DNA of 63,681 bases, counting the filler. It is 15 parts of 15 records of this genome, joined end to end, with 100 filler letters (N's around TTAATTAATTAA, not from the genome) between each part and the next. Parts side by side here need not be neighbours in the genome. Positions count along the whole stretch, not along the records: positions 11,713 to 15,165 come from SRR15195285_11916; positions 15,266 to 19,411 come from SRR15195285_11919; positions 19,512 to 24,121 come from SRR15195285_11927; positions 24,222 to 27,245 come from SRR15195285_11936; 11 more parts are not named here. One strand, written 5' to 3'. Of the stretch, positions 12,296-24,567 are shown piece after piece. Position numbers and translations under genes: made by a program. The stretch's first letter is position 1, and each line of letters begins with the position of its first letter. The notes under the pieces are model-generated. The model ran no database searches. It saw only the letters and a program-made list of their open reading frames with translations, and was not told the origin of the DNA.

Positions 12296-15082
12296 TTAAC
12301 CCATCGTGAATACGTAAATTTCGAAGCTGACTGGAGGCACCGTCAGAACGCTGCCAGCGAAGGGAATGCGCGCAGACACGATCGGCGCGTGCCGCTCTGG
12401 GAGCCAGATCGGATTGTCCGTGTCAGGGCCCTCGGCGGTGCCAGTTGTGCTTGCGAGCGATGTGCGGACGAAGCTTGCGGGCACACGGTGCCCCGCCGGA
12501 AAGGCCAGCGTTACGTTGATAGCTACGGTCCCTGCGTTCACGATGCGGAGAACCAGAGTATCGCCGTGCGAAGCCTTCGCCGCCAGCACGTTGAGTCCAC
12601 AGCAAGGGAACGCCCAACAGTTTGCGCAGCCAGGGTGGGTTGCGTTGACCATTCCATCTACATGCACTGCGACCAGCTCATCCGCCCACGGCGCCGCGTC
12701 TAGAATCATCTTGTGCACATACCATGGCGGCTGTGCCCACGTCGCGTTCGGCGTGAAAAACACTGCCCCCTGGTCGCCACAGTACCCGTGCTGAGCATCT
12801 AGGCAAGGGTCATGCGCTGACTTTTCCATACAAAATGACTCGACTCGGCTGTCCACTCGTGCGTCTTCCCTCCATCCTTCGCGCTGTAAATCGTTTAGAT
12901 CCGAGGCCTCCGCCACTACGCGGGAAAAGTCATGTCGAGCTGTGTTCGTCTCCCAGACAACGACTCTGGCTTTTGAGCCCGCCGCTGCGAAGTTCTTTGC
13001 GTGGCCACGGGCCGCTTCGAGCGAACTTCTGCCATCATCGTGCACGTCTACATACACGCGTTCCCCGAGAGCGGGGCTTCCAGCAAAGGAGGCATTGATA
13101 ACCGCATCGTCACCACAGTTCGCAGGACATGCGTACCGCAGAATGCCTCCCTTCCCAATGCTTTGCGCACGTGCTTCCATCGCCATAGCCCGTCCAGTGA
13201 AGTCAGGAGTATCGATCTCGTTGCCGATCTCGAACCAGGAAACATTATAAGGCTCGGGGTGGCCATCTTCTGCGCGCAACCTGCCCCACCCGTTGATGTC
13301 GGTCGTCCCGTATAGGTACTCGACGAGATCGCCTAGGTCTTCCAGAGTCTCCGAGCTCTTGATTGTGATGACGGGAGTTATTTGCATGGCTTCGCACATC
13401 GCAATCGCCTCAAACATCGACCAGCCTCGTGTGGTCATCACACCGTTCATTCCGTCGTGGTTCTCAATGTTTCCCCCTGGGCGCAACCACGGCGGTCCAC
13501 GCTGCTTCTTCCACAGAAACCCATTTCGTCCTGTATCCTCGGGGTCTGTTGGGACCTCGTCTGAGTCGGCCTCGACATATGTGCCTCCAGTGCGGATGAG
13601 ATTATAGCCCGCTCCTGTGGCAAACAGCATGTATTGGGTCACTCGTTGCACTTGCTGTCGCGGCACAAGCACAGAAGCCAGAGCTCAAGATATGGGAATG
13701 GATCTGCCATTTCAGCTTCGTTCGTACGTTGCAGCCACTCCACGCTCTCAAGGTTGACAGGCAACTCCTTGTACCTGCCCCAGCTGCCAGGTTGGAAGAA
13801 GGCATAGTCGAGGTCGACCGTAGCGTCTGCCGTCTCGAGGTAGATGGCTAGTTGTCCTGAGCACTGCACACACGCATGGGCGGCGTCTCCTTTGTTGGAG
13901 TTGGCGCCGAGCTTGCACCACAGCGGCGGAGTGTCGGCGGGAAAGCCCCGGCAAGTGGTTCCAGCAGTCGGGGTTACGGTGAAATTGAGCTGCGTCCAAT
14001 TGCCACCTTGAAATGTAAGCTTCGTCTCCGCCAGGGTTGTGCCTGTGCCGAACAGTACAGGTAGCATCAGAGCGATCCGCCTTCGTTGCAAAAGCTGCTA
14101 AGATCAGCGACAAGTGCGCAACGCTAATTCCGCAGTTGTGGCCGCACGTGGTGTCGTAAAGTAGTCTTCGAGTGCGACTCGCAGCACGACTGGCTTGGGA
14201 CCACGCGCGAAGAAGTAGCCTTCCCAGGGCTTGCCAATCCCGTCAGTGAAGGACAAACCTTCGCTGTTGTAGCCTCTATTGGCGACTCCGACGCCAGCAT
14301 GGGCGGATGTGGACATTCGCTGAGCCAAGCGGCCGTGCAGTGGTGCGTCGGACGTGAGCGCCCACGCCGCACCGTCAGTGCGCTGGCCTGACGCTGTCTC
14401 GTGGCTCCACATGTCCCCCACGAGCTTGTGCTCTGGCCCTTGACCCTACATGCAAGCACCCATCGCAATCTGTTGTTCACTTCCACGCTGTATCTCATCC
14501 TTGCATTGCACCCGAGAGCAGCATCATGCGGAGTTGAGAGAAACGCACGGTGAAGTTTTCAAAACTCTCCCCATAGAGCCGCTGTGAGTAGAACCCTTGG
14601 ATCTGGTGCGAGTAACCAAGATCCGTGTGGCAGCCCATCATCGCATTAACAGATGTGTTGTCCGCACCAGAGGTCAGCTTCAGCGGCCCGGTGATGTTGG
14701 ACTCGTCAATCGTAACGGTAGCAGCAGTCTGCTGAGGCGCGAGCGCCGGAAGCGCACCGCTCATGACGCCGGTAGAGCAGGGTCCCCGGACCGGTCTGCT
14801 GTGCTCCCAGCTGCGTCGCAAGTGGCAAGCTGGCGAGCGGAACGTCCAGACGTTGCAGCCACTCAGCTGAGAGCACAGGGCGCAGCAGAGCGACTCGTTC
14901 GTGATCCCCGTGATGATGCACCGTTCGCTTCCTCCGGGTAGGCTGGGGCAGGCCATCTCGTCCCCTGCCACGAAACACGATGGCACAACAGCTTCTGGAT
15001 CGTCGCAGCTCGCCGCCTCAACAGCCGTCGCCACCGCTGCCACTGCCTGGAAGACTAGCAGCATGAGCAACGCCAACCTCAT
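12296..15082 (-). CDS. Secreted GH51 alpha-L-arabinofuranosidase-like protein with N-terminal PAN/apple module; spliced
   Basis: Signal peptide MRLALLMLLVFQAVAA; PAN-like CCALCSQLSGCNVWTF; SQRLYGESFE; acid/base WFEIGNE; nucleophile VVWETN; C-terminal sandwich VLRIVN...TVPPVSF; at least 3 introns. Confidence 0.82.
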
Positions 15083-15606
15083 GTTCGTTGCGGTATATCA
15101 AAAAGTATGCTTCTGCGTGGGTGAAACTTGGCCCACCACAATGTGATTTCAGACACAAAATGGACNNNNNNNNNNNNNNNNNNNNNNNNNNNNNNNNNNN
15201 NNNNNNNNNTTAATTAATTAANNNNNNNNNNNNNNNNNNNNNNNNNNNNNNNNNNNNNNNNNNNNCGCTAGCCGTTTCGCCACCTTCTACTGTTTCGTAA
15301 CGCCCCAAACTTTCAACATACCCCCCCAGTATGTCACCCTACAAGTTACTAACGACCGTTTCGGCGCCCTCCCACCCTTAGCGTGCGCTCTAGCGCAAAC
15401 GTCGGGCGTTGCGTCTGTCATTGCAAATTTTATAATATACACAATAGAATAGGATACATGCATTTGAAGACCGGCCGGATCGTTGCTGCGCGCGGCGCCC
15501 TAGCTCGTAGCCAGGGCGGGTCGTCCGATCCGTCTGTGCGGGCGTCGTCCGTGCCAGTGCGCGCCTCGACGTACACGCTGTGTGACGCCGGCAACCAGCG
15601 CAGAGT

Positions 15607-17626
15607 ATGCTGCTGCACTTAGCTGTGCTTCTCGTCGCCGCGACTTCACCGCTGCGGATTACCTCAGCCGCGACTCCAGCTGTAGACGGCGCCCCGAGAG
15701 GCTCCACGGGAGCAGCGGCTGAGGCTGCCGAGCAGGCCAACCCCACCCTCGAGTTTCACTCAAACGTGACCAACCTGTGGGGCGACGGCCCGTTTCCCTC
15801 GCAGTGGGTCCTGTCGCTCTCGAATGCGACGGCAGACCTCGCGGCCTGCGGCGCCCTCTGCGCCAAGTACCAGGCGCCTGGTCCTGCCGGGCCGCCCAGC
15901 CGTTGCCAGTCATTCACGCGCGTGACCGCGACTGACCCCGCCAGTGGGTTTCGAGTGCCGCCAGGGTGCTACGGACATGTCGATCCGGTCTGGCTGCCGC
16001 TCCCCGGTGTCGATTCCGCCACTGGTGTGGCCATCGCTGGCTCTGGGCTCGTTGTCCGCCCCTGTGAGTCGGCCTTCGACTGTTCGCACAATGGCGCGTG
16101 CACTGCCGGCGTGTGCGAGTGCACACAAGGCTGGACAGGCCGCAAATGCGAAAGCCTCGACCTGCTGCCTGTTGACCGCGCCAAATACGGCTTCAGTCCC
16201 ACCGACAAGCTCGGCCAGAACCTTTCGTCATGGGGTGGCTCTATCCTCACCGAAGGTGGAGTCTGGCACATGTGGGCAGCTCAAATGGTGAACTACTGGT
16301 GAGAAAACGGTGTTTCCCCCCACCTTTTCTATCAAAATGATCAGTCTAACCAAGACAGGCTAGGGACAAACAGGGGTGAAACTCACGAAAAACTGTCTAT
16401 TCAGCGGCATCATTCAATGGCAGCAGAACAGCAAGATTGTTCACGCGACGGCGCCCGATGTGCTGGGTCCTTACACTGAGCAAGAAACCGTGGCTCCTGT
16501 CTTCGCGCACGAACCAACCGTGACGAGAGATCCGCGGACGGTAGGTGAAACGACATGTTTCGTTTTGATAGTTCTCTGCGTTTCACCAAGACATATTCCG
16601 GACGCGAAGCAAAAACTGATAAAAGGATGCGCCGCGTTTTCCCTACCGTCCGGCAGGGCGAGCTGCTCATGGTCCACGTGGCCTTTCCCGTGGACGGCGA
16701 GTTCTCGAATCAGTCCGTCTTCAACGCCTCGATGTTCTGCAGCTGTCCTGCCAACTGCACTCCATCCAGGGCAGGAGGTCAGGTAAGAAAACGGCAGGTT
16801 TTTTGCGCCAGTTAATACGAAAAACCGAACATTTGCCAAGACAGTTTCGGGACAAGTATAGAGGAAACTTGAGAAAAGACCCGTTGTCTCGCAGTGCAAG
16901 CCCAACTGCCCAATTCCCCCCCAGTACGGCCCCAAGGGTCATAAAAGCTATCATCCCTTCCTACCGATTGTGCGGACAGCGTCGAGCGCTGCGGGGCCGT
17001 GGACGGAGGTAGTGTCGCCGGTCCTCGATCAAGGGGACAGCAACCTCGCGTGCTGGATCAACGGGACAGGTGGGCTTACTTGCAACGGTAGAGGGGGCAC
17101 AACGTCAGCCCTCTCGACCGACTGGTGAGTGCTCAGCGCAGCTTGCGTTGCCTCGTGCGCGCGCGCGCACGCACCCGATCTGACCCTAATTGCTGCAAAA
17201 TTTTCGTGGAGCAGGCGTAATCTATCTTCGTGGCTGGACTTCAAGTCAGATGGTCGCCCGATGTGGGTGTCATCCCACCCGGACGATGAAGACCCAATGC
17301 TGTGGCAGGACATGGAGACCGGCGTGTTCCACAGCATCCAGCACAACCTCGCGGTGTGCCCAAGGGATCAGCCTTGCCAGCTCGGCACGCATCAGTTTTC
17401 ACTCGACGGCCTCGAGTGGTTCCTAACGGGGGCGGCCTACACCAACCAAGTCGAGTACACGGACGGGAGCAGCCACCTCTTTGATCGGCGCGAGCGGCCG
17501 CACCTCGTGTTTGAGGAGAACACCACGCGTCCTATCGCACTGTCGAACTCGGCAAGGCCGGGCGGGGCAGACGGCGACCGCACCTTCACTCTCGTGCAGG
17601 GCCTACGAACGAAGCCAACTGCCTGA
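15607..17626 (+). CDS. Secreted PAN + EGF-like + five-bladed beta-propeller (GH43/GH32 clan-like) protein; 4 introns
   Basis: Signal peptide; EGF CSHNGACTAGVCECTQGWTGRKC; SSWGGS, WHMWAAQM, FAHEP, EDPMLWQD, RRERPHL. Introns 16299-16404, 16541-16656, 16783-16894 and 17125-17214 restore one continuous frame. Confidence 0.75.
16299..16404 (+). mobile_element. Introner-like intron, family A copy 1
   Basis: GT-AG intron of 106 nt starting GTGAGAAAACGG with core CCAAGACAGGCTAGGGACAAAC; splicing gives NYC-GIIQW. Confidence 0.72.
16541..16656 (+). mobile_element. Introner-like intron, family A copy 2 (more diverged)
   Basis: 116-nt intron with core CCAAGACATATTCCGGAC and inverted ends GAAACG...CGTTTT; splicing gives DPRT-GELL. 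Confidence 0.6.
16783..16894 (+). mobile_element. Introner-like intron, family A copy 3
   Basis: 112-nt intron GTAAGAAAACGG...CCAAGACAGTTTCGGGACAAG...CCGTTGTCTCGCAG with imperfect terminal inverted repeats; splicing gives AGGQ-CKPN. Confidence 0.72.
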
Positions 17627-18474
17627 CTTGCTTTTTAAAACTGAAACTCTCGTATCCAAACCTGTGATGACACGAGCACAATAGATCGGCGGAGATGCAA
17701 GCCATCACAATAACTGGTGTAGTGCTGACGTACTGACCAGTAAAACCACGTTTACATTAGGTCTCCTCGAACACATTAGGAGTCATACCGTGACGCAAGG
17801 ACATCGCCATCCCATAACCAGCGATCCCCCGAACCTTGACAATTCGCACAGGGTTCCTCCACCTTAGGCACCTACAGCACATCATCTGACACCCCAATCG
17901 CCAGAAGTAAACGTGAAAGAAGCAAACACATCATACACTCAGCCATGTCCACCAGGACTTCTGGGCGCACCTGCGGTCTGGGGAATCACTGAAAATTCGT
18001 TCACAGAGATACGAGACGAACATCTAAGTCAAGAACAGCTCCAAAAAAATCAAATGCAATAGCAAGGTACAGACATACCTTGCTTAGGAAGCGGTGAGCA
18101 CTGATCATCCAGGCTGGCGATTGCCAGACGAGGAGAAAATAATCACTGAAAATTGAGGTGATCCCGCTGTGACAGCGGGCGAAAGGCCTTCCTTTTGCGC
18201 GATGTGACATGCTTGCACGAGTCTTAGTCATCCATGGGTGATGACCTTGCACTGCTACCACCTCTATCCAATTGGTTCATGACAATTGCGCTGGCGTTCA
18301 ATGCATATCTGCAAGTGTTGACGCCGGAGTTAGACTACAGCTCATAATATATTATGGTACGGGTGGGACAAGTCGCGGGTCTTTCGGGAGGAAACGTGTT
18401 AGTGAAACGTCGGTTTGGTTCTATTGCCACGACACTGTATCCTAGGCGTCTGCAGCAGCTGCTCTTCCATGGAA

Positions 18475-19227
18475 CTACTTGGGCTTGTAGAGACAGCCAG
18501 TCTGGTTTACGCGCAGCAAGACTGAGGGGTCGAACCCGTTGCCTACTACATAAGCTTCGATGATGTGCATCAGCTCGCTTTCGTCCATGTCCGGTGTCTT
18601 CGAAAATATCCACAAGCCAGAGTGATTCACCCCCTCCCCGTTGACGCATAGTGCGCCACAGTCGGACCCGTCTTGGTTTGCTGTGCATGGAATGCAGCGA
18701 CCGAACGCCTCGTACTCGTTTGATGAGCAACCACGTGGCCCTGCCGCTGCTGTCTTCGGCTGGCCGCCAGCAATTACAGCCCAATCGTAGCCTGGACCCG
18801 AGCCACCGGCCGCAATGACCCAGTAGGGTCCATATGTAAAGTGCGGCAGAAATTTGGGGCCGACCTCCAACTTTGATGGAAACTCTGCGTTGGGAATGAT
18901 CGCCTGCAGCGTGTCACCGCTGTCGCTCACCTTTCCGTTGACCCTGTCGCTGTTGGCGTAATTGTGCACATCAACAGATGTTGCAGAAGTCTGGTTGTAC
19001 TCCGCTGTGACGCAGTAGATCTCATCTTTTGGCAGGTACACGATTGGCTGCTGCGCCTGCACGTACCACCGGTGTGCCACGAAGTCCTTCACGCTAAAGG
19101 GTGCCATCGTGCGCACAGGGCGACAAGCAACCGTCGAGGTAGTCGCTGACTCCTCCGGGCGCACTGCTGGCATACCCACCACTACCGTGATCATTGCAAA
19201 TGCAAGCAGCCATCCAGCGACCGCCAT
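18475..19227 (-). CDS. Secreted lipocalin (Blc/ApoD/TIL-like) with a Cys-rich insertion
   Basis: Signal peptide; SCR1-like HRWYVQAQQP, GPYWVIA, YDWAVIAGGQP, SCR3-like GLWIFSK; no introns. Confidence 0.8.
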   Translation of the reverse strand: MAVAGWLLAFAMITVVVGMPAVRPEESATTSTVACRPVRTMAPFSVKDFVAHRWYVQAQQPIVYLPKDEIYCVTAEYNQTSATSVDVHNYANSDRVNGKVSDSGDTLQAIIPNAEFPSKLEVGPKFLPHFTYGPYWVIAAGGSGPGYDWAVIAGGQPKTAAAGPRGCSSNEYEAFGRCIPCTANQDGSDCGALCVNGEGVNHSGLWIFSKTPDMDESELMHIIEAYVVGNGFDPSVLLRVNQTGCLYKPK

Positions 19228-19380
19228 GCTTCTATCCTCTGCGCACTGCGATTCTCAGCTCGCTCCTCCCCGCCCGGACTCCTGCGGGTTATCCGGACTG
19301 TCGATTGTGGAGCGTACGCGTCGAGTATTAGCTATAGCTGCACGCTGTCACGCGCGGCTGTGTGCTCCGTCGCAGCGTGC

Positions 19381-19411
19381 GCATGCGCCAAACGAGTCGA
19401 TCAGACTGCAG
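19381..19411 (-). repeat. Dispersed upstream element CTGCAGTCTGATCGACxCGTTTGGCGCATG (copy upstream of lipocalin)
   Basis: Reverse complement of 19382-19408 matches 42249-42275 at 26/27 positions; contig ends inside it. Confidence 0.8.
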
Positions 19412-19723
19412 NNNNNNNNNNNNNNNNNNNNNNNNNNNNNNNNNNNNNNNNNNNNTTAATTAATTAANNNNNNNNNNNNNNNNNNNNNNNNNNNNNNNNN
19501 NNNNNNNNNNNAGACAGACACTTACTTCTACCTTTCCCTCATCATTTTGGGTACCAGTACCGAGTTCAGGCTACGGTTTTACAATATGATACCTGGGGCA
19601 CCCAATGAGAACACAATGTTACAGAGTTACTATGATAGTAGCAGTTACACGCATGCAACCATGGATGCAAAAGATGGCATGCATATACGCACCGGCGTAG
19701 CGTGCCTGGGGGAACGAACGGAG

Positions 19724-20870
19724 ATGAGCATGGTTGGCTCGGTGCTGCGGGTGTGCTTCGGGCTGACGCTGGCGGTGTTCATGCTCGTGAATTGGCTGGT
19801 GTGCAGGCTGTTGCTGCTGTGCTCGTGCATCTCCGAACGGACGAGGAGCGGCTGCGCGCTCGTCAGCTCGCAGCTCGCCTTCGGGGCGACGCTGCTCCTC
19901 TCGCCGTGGATATGGATCACGGCCGAGCCGGGCAAGGACGAGATCTGGGCAGAGATTCAGAAGCAGCTGGACAGCGACGACCCCCGCCCAGTGTTTCTGC
20001 TCGGCAATCACACCTCGTTTATGGATACGTTGCTCACCGTCGGTGAGCGCATCTGCCCCGCGCTTCCCTCCGTTCGTGGACTTCAGCTGCCTGACCTCCC
20101 GCCGACTGGCCGCAGCAAAAATGCCTACTCGTATCGTCTATCGGTCACGCACGTACATGGCGGACTATTTACTCAATATGCCGATCTTAGGCGTATGCAT
20201 CCAGGCAATGGGACACTTCCCAGTCGCATTCAAGGGCAAGGCTGACGGCGACTTCTCGGTGGACAGAGAAAAGATGGCGCAGACACAGCTTCGTGTGGAT
20301 AACCACATTCAATCCGGAGGCATTTTGTGCTTCTTTCCTGAGGGGCAGCTGAATGTTAACCCGGCAGAGATTATGGTATGCACTGCTGATCGCGCGCTGG
20401 GCTGACTGCTCCGGTTGCTGCTCAGACCGCACTCTGCTCACCTCGTCTGCACCCGCCTTATTCGCAGCCATTCCGATACGGTGGCATCAAGGTCGCCCTT
20501 CAAAATGATGCTATTCTGTATCAGTTCACCACCACTGGCTGTCCAGGTCCGTGTATAGCACAGGGGCTCACTTCCGTGGCCTCCATCGCAGACTCACGAC
20601 AGAGGCTGGCTGTGGTGTTTGTCTGCAGCCACCTGGCCAAGGAGGGCGCAGGTCGGAGGGTTCCCAGGCCCAATTCGCTACGGAATCAGACCAATGGCAC
20701 CGGAGGGTACCAAGAAGCTACTGGCAAAGCTGCGAGCGGACTGCTCTGCAGCAGACTCTGAGAAGGCAGACGCTGCTCTTTTGTCGGAGCATCTGCGAAA
20801 CGAGATGCAGAAGTTCTACGATGAGCTCGCCCAGAAGAATGGTACTGGCGCTGAGAAGAAGGAAAATTGA
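19724..20870 (+). CDS. Lysophospholipid / 1-acylglycerol-3-phosphate acyltransferase (LPLAT, PlsC-like); spliced
   Basis: N-terminal TM segments, catalytic HxxxxD motif GNHTSFMD and FFPEG motif spread over intron-separated ORFs. Confidence 0.85.
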
Positions 20871-21796
20871 GCCATCTCCAACTGCTGTAATCTGTCCAGA
20901 CCACCCGCGTACAATCATGTCGATGTGCTCGAAGGTGCCTAACGGAATTCACACATTGATACGGTGGCTACTCTAGCGGTCTGTCCCAGCAGCTGGCGCG
21001 CCGTCAGACCAAGTGTAAACTCGATTTGAGACCTCTGCCCAGTAGTATCCATCTATCTATGTTTTGGGAGCTGTATCCTAGATACCCTAGTGCTCTACGA
21101 TAATATGGCGCAGCACTGTCGCTTGCAGCGCACAATTGCGACGCTGCATCCGACAGGGCATCTCATGTTGCTGCCCTGGCGCTCTGCGCTATCGGACACC
21201 AGCGGAGACAAAGTGCCCAGATGTGCTCTTCTTACCATGCCACCGGACTGCGCGCGTGTTGTCGACACGTCGCGTTGCTGTGGCGGAGCGAGGCAGATTC
21301 AATGCGGCGCTGACTAGCTTGTGCAGCGGTTTTGCCGTGCCTCAAGTGACCGTACTGTCGCCGTCTTATCGCTGCCTTATATCTTACTACTACACCTTTC
21401 CCATCCTCGATGCTTCCTCGTTACCTTCTGTTTCTTGCTGCCTCCCGATATGTGAATAGATGAAATGTTTTGGGATCCCCATTAATTTTTCTTAACCCTA
21501 GGCCCTCTCTTTGAAAGGCGCCCCTGGGTTGTGTATTGTTCTTGAGCGGCAGCGGCAGGCTGGGCCAGCCCAGGGCGGATGCCAACGCTCATGCTGGCAG
21601 GCTGGGTCACATGTTGCGTGGATTTCTGTACTAGCCAGACGCAGAGGCAGGTGGAGGCCGATGCGACGGGACTCTGGTGCAGATGCGACATACTAGTAGA
21701 TCTGGTCTCAACCGAATGACTCAATCAATCAGTTGTCTGTCTTACACCTCTTCCAAATCAATCGACAGCTCTGAGCGCCAGACAGTCAGGACTGTG

Positions 21797-23856
21797 TTAC
21801 GAGCCAGCGTGGCACATGTTGAATCGCAATCCGGAAGTCTTCGGTCCCGCTTGCGAAACAGCGAGGATCTGCAACATTGAGAAGCACGTGTGGCAGGACA
21901 AGATTGCTGCACGCTTGACCTTCCCAGGCATTGTTCTGCGATAGCGAACGGGGGCGACGTGGCACGGTCGGCATCAGGGCAGATCAAATCACGCGTGTAA
22001 ACCACACAGATGTCGCTTCAGCAGAATGACGGCCATTTCAGGAAGGAGTTGGGCGCTCACCCTGCAATTTCGGGGCCATCCTGATCACAGACTGTTAAGG
22101 CGAGCGACGATCGGAACTCTGCACCAGGCTCTGCCGGCATCTGCGGCCCAGGATCCTCTTCTTCTTCAGGCACAAAGTACGGCAGAGAACGCAGCAGACA
22201 GTCCGAACAGTAGATGACACCGCACACGCGGCAGTGGTGACGACGATTGAGCAAAGAGAAGATTGACTGGCAGCATGCACACTCGGTTGTAGCTGCCGCA
22301 TGAATAGAAACCACGAGATCCACTAGTTAGTTTCTCCGACAGTGTGTGAAAAATCGCTGTGCTTTTCCGAGCAACAGCTCAGCGCGAGCGGCTAGCACAC
22401 TGAGCAGAGGCTTGGTTTGGCTTGGCTGCGCACACGAATCGTTTTGCCATTCTTGGTCTCGTAGATGTTCGACCGAGCCGGTGAAGACAATATCAAGCGC
22501 GGCACCGTAACGCGCAGAATCGAAACGAAGCTGGCCTTCCATCACTCGGCCGCATCCCGCCTGCTCAGGCGACCAGCAGCAGCACACGCACGCAGGGACA
22601 CACGCTTGAACAACAGAAAGGTCCCTGTAGCTTGAAGAGTGGGTACAGAAATTGTCATGAACGCACATGAGCGCCTCCCTCGTCCTCGACTGATGTTCCA
22701 GCCCCTGCCTCCCAGCCCAGTTGCTTGACGACTGCAAGCTCACAATCCAGGCTCGTGCAGTAGTATGGAGCGTGGCCGCCTGGCACCGGTCCTTCGCCAA
22801 AGCCAGACTTTGACGCTTCATTGTCGAACGTGTTTGCGTTCTCTTCGGCCCCCGCAAGATCGAGCTCGGCGAGGTCGCCGTCGCTACCTTCCACAAGCTC
22901 GACTACCTGCCCAGAGCCAAATTCGTCATGTTCTACATCGTCATCCACATCACCGCCTAGGTCAATCACTGTCTCCGCCTCAGTCTCAGCACTTCCCGAG
23001 GCCGTGCCACACATCAAACGATAGTTGCCAGCATCATCCATGCTGCAGCCACCGCACGTGCAACCGCGACCAATGCGCGGCTGCGCAGCCGGCTTGCGTT
23101 TTTGTGCAGAAAAGGACGTCGAGTGTGCATTGTTATCCAGAGAGCCGAGCGGAGCGCGGCCGCCGCGGCCAGTAGTTCTCGCGCCATGTGGATCATCAGC
23201 AGCGTCTTCATCGGTCCATAGAGACTGGATGACCGGGTCGTTGCCGGACTGCGTTGCCGCACGCGGCGCGTCACGCAGCAGCTCGCCTGGGTCCATCTTC
23301 AGCGGGGACTTCACCGACACGGCATCGCCGCGTAGCCGGCCAATCTCCTCATCGCGCGCCGCGAGCAATTCGCGCAGCTCAGCCGCATCTGTCTGCTGTC
23401 GCTGCAGTGCGTCGAGCAGCATTTCGTGCTCGTCGGGGCGGATCACACTTGCGCCCACGCTGGCGTCAGGGCCGCGGCTGGCCGCGCCCGATTCTCGCAT
23501 CGCGTCCAGCTCGCGATTCGCTGTGCGGAGCTGGCTCTCAAGCTGGCGGGTCTTTTCCTTCTGCTTCTGCAGCAGTTCTGCAGCCTTAGCTGCGTTGTTG
23601 AGCAGCGCCGACGTGGCCTGAAGCTCGGCCGTGAGCTTCTTGTTCAGCTTGCGAGCCTTCCCAAGCTCCTGCGCAGCCCGCCCTCCAATTCAGCACACGC
23701 ACAGCCCAGCCCACCAGCCCACACACAAATACAACGCACCTCATTCGCCGCCTCCAGCCGCTCCTCCCCTTCCTTCCGCTGCCCACGCTCCCACCGCAGC
23801 GCGTTTGCGAAGCGCAGCGCCTGGTTGGTCGCCACCTCGGCGGCATCGGTCGCCAT
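21797..23856 (-). CDS. Coiled-coil protein with C-terminal FYVE zinc finger; spliced
   Basis: WxxD (EWQND), CACCQSIFSLLNRRHHCRVCGVIYCSDC, and after the intron starting at 22060 the last pair AILSCHTCF; stop at 21797. Confidence 0.78.
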
Positions 23857-24567
23857 CCCCTTGCAAGCACTGGCACCACAGCGACTGACTGCCTATCGCT
23901 GGAACTTTGCTACCGTTCGCTACGCCGACTACCCGGGTACCGCGCTACCGGCTACGTGTACTGCATGATTATACGAATCGTCACCCACGCGAATATTATC
24001 GATGAGATTTATGATCCACAGTATCGTTGAATCGGCGTGAAGCAGAAACGTTTCATAGGAAATTACCGAGTTAGAGAGTGTTTGGTTTTGGGTTTGGCAA
24101 AAGCGAGTTTGGGCATGCAGGNNNNNNNNNNNNNNNNNNNNNNNNNNNNNNNNNNNNNNNNNNNNTTAATTAATTAANNNNNNNNNNNNNNNNNNNNNNN
24201 NNNNNNNNNNNNNNNNNNNNNAAACTCCGGCGCTTGTTTATTCATAGTAGGCTATTCGAACGAAAAGAGCTGAGGTCATCCAGGGAGGTCGATTCTTGAT
24301 CAGTCACTAGTCAGTGATGTACTATCAATTGTAATCATCCTGTCGTGTACATGTGACACATGTACACCCTGGCGTCGCGTCTTCAGAATGGTACTATTTT
24401 CCAGTACAAACTGCACATATATTGAAAACACATATACCCCGGCGCTTGGTTTCTCACGAACTGCGTACTGTGGACTGGGGTGAGTGGTCGCCGTGTTTTG
24501 CATCACCCCCATACTATTGACTGGGTTTAGTGGTCGCCGTGTTGTTTGGACGACAGGCAAGAGGACG

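Noticed and set aside
15266-15382. Contig start that may be a transposon end (...GGCGCCCTCCCACCC followed by TTA, Harbinger-like)
   Set aside because: One copy and one end only; cannot be supported without a genome-wide search. The same applies to the contig ends at 24060-24121 and 33040-33158.
16299-17214. Frameshifts or stop-codon recoding in fragmented genes
   Set aside because: Canonical GT-AG introns restore the frames, and complete genes end in standard stop codons.
17700-18300. Possible small minus-strand gene (CANCQGSG) and direct repeat AATCACTGAAAATT at about 17984 and 18141
   Set aside because: No coherent exon chain or recognisable domain could be built.
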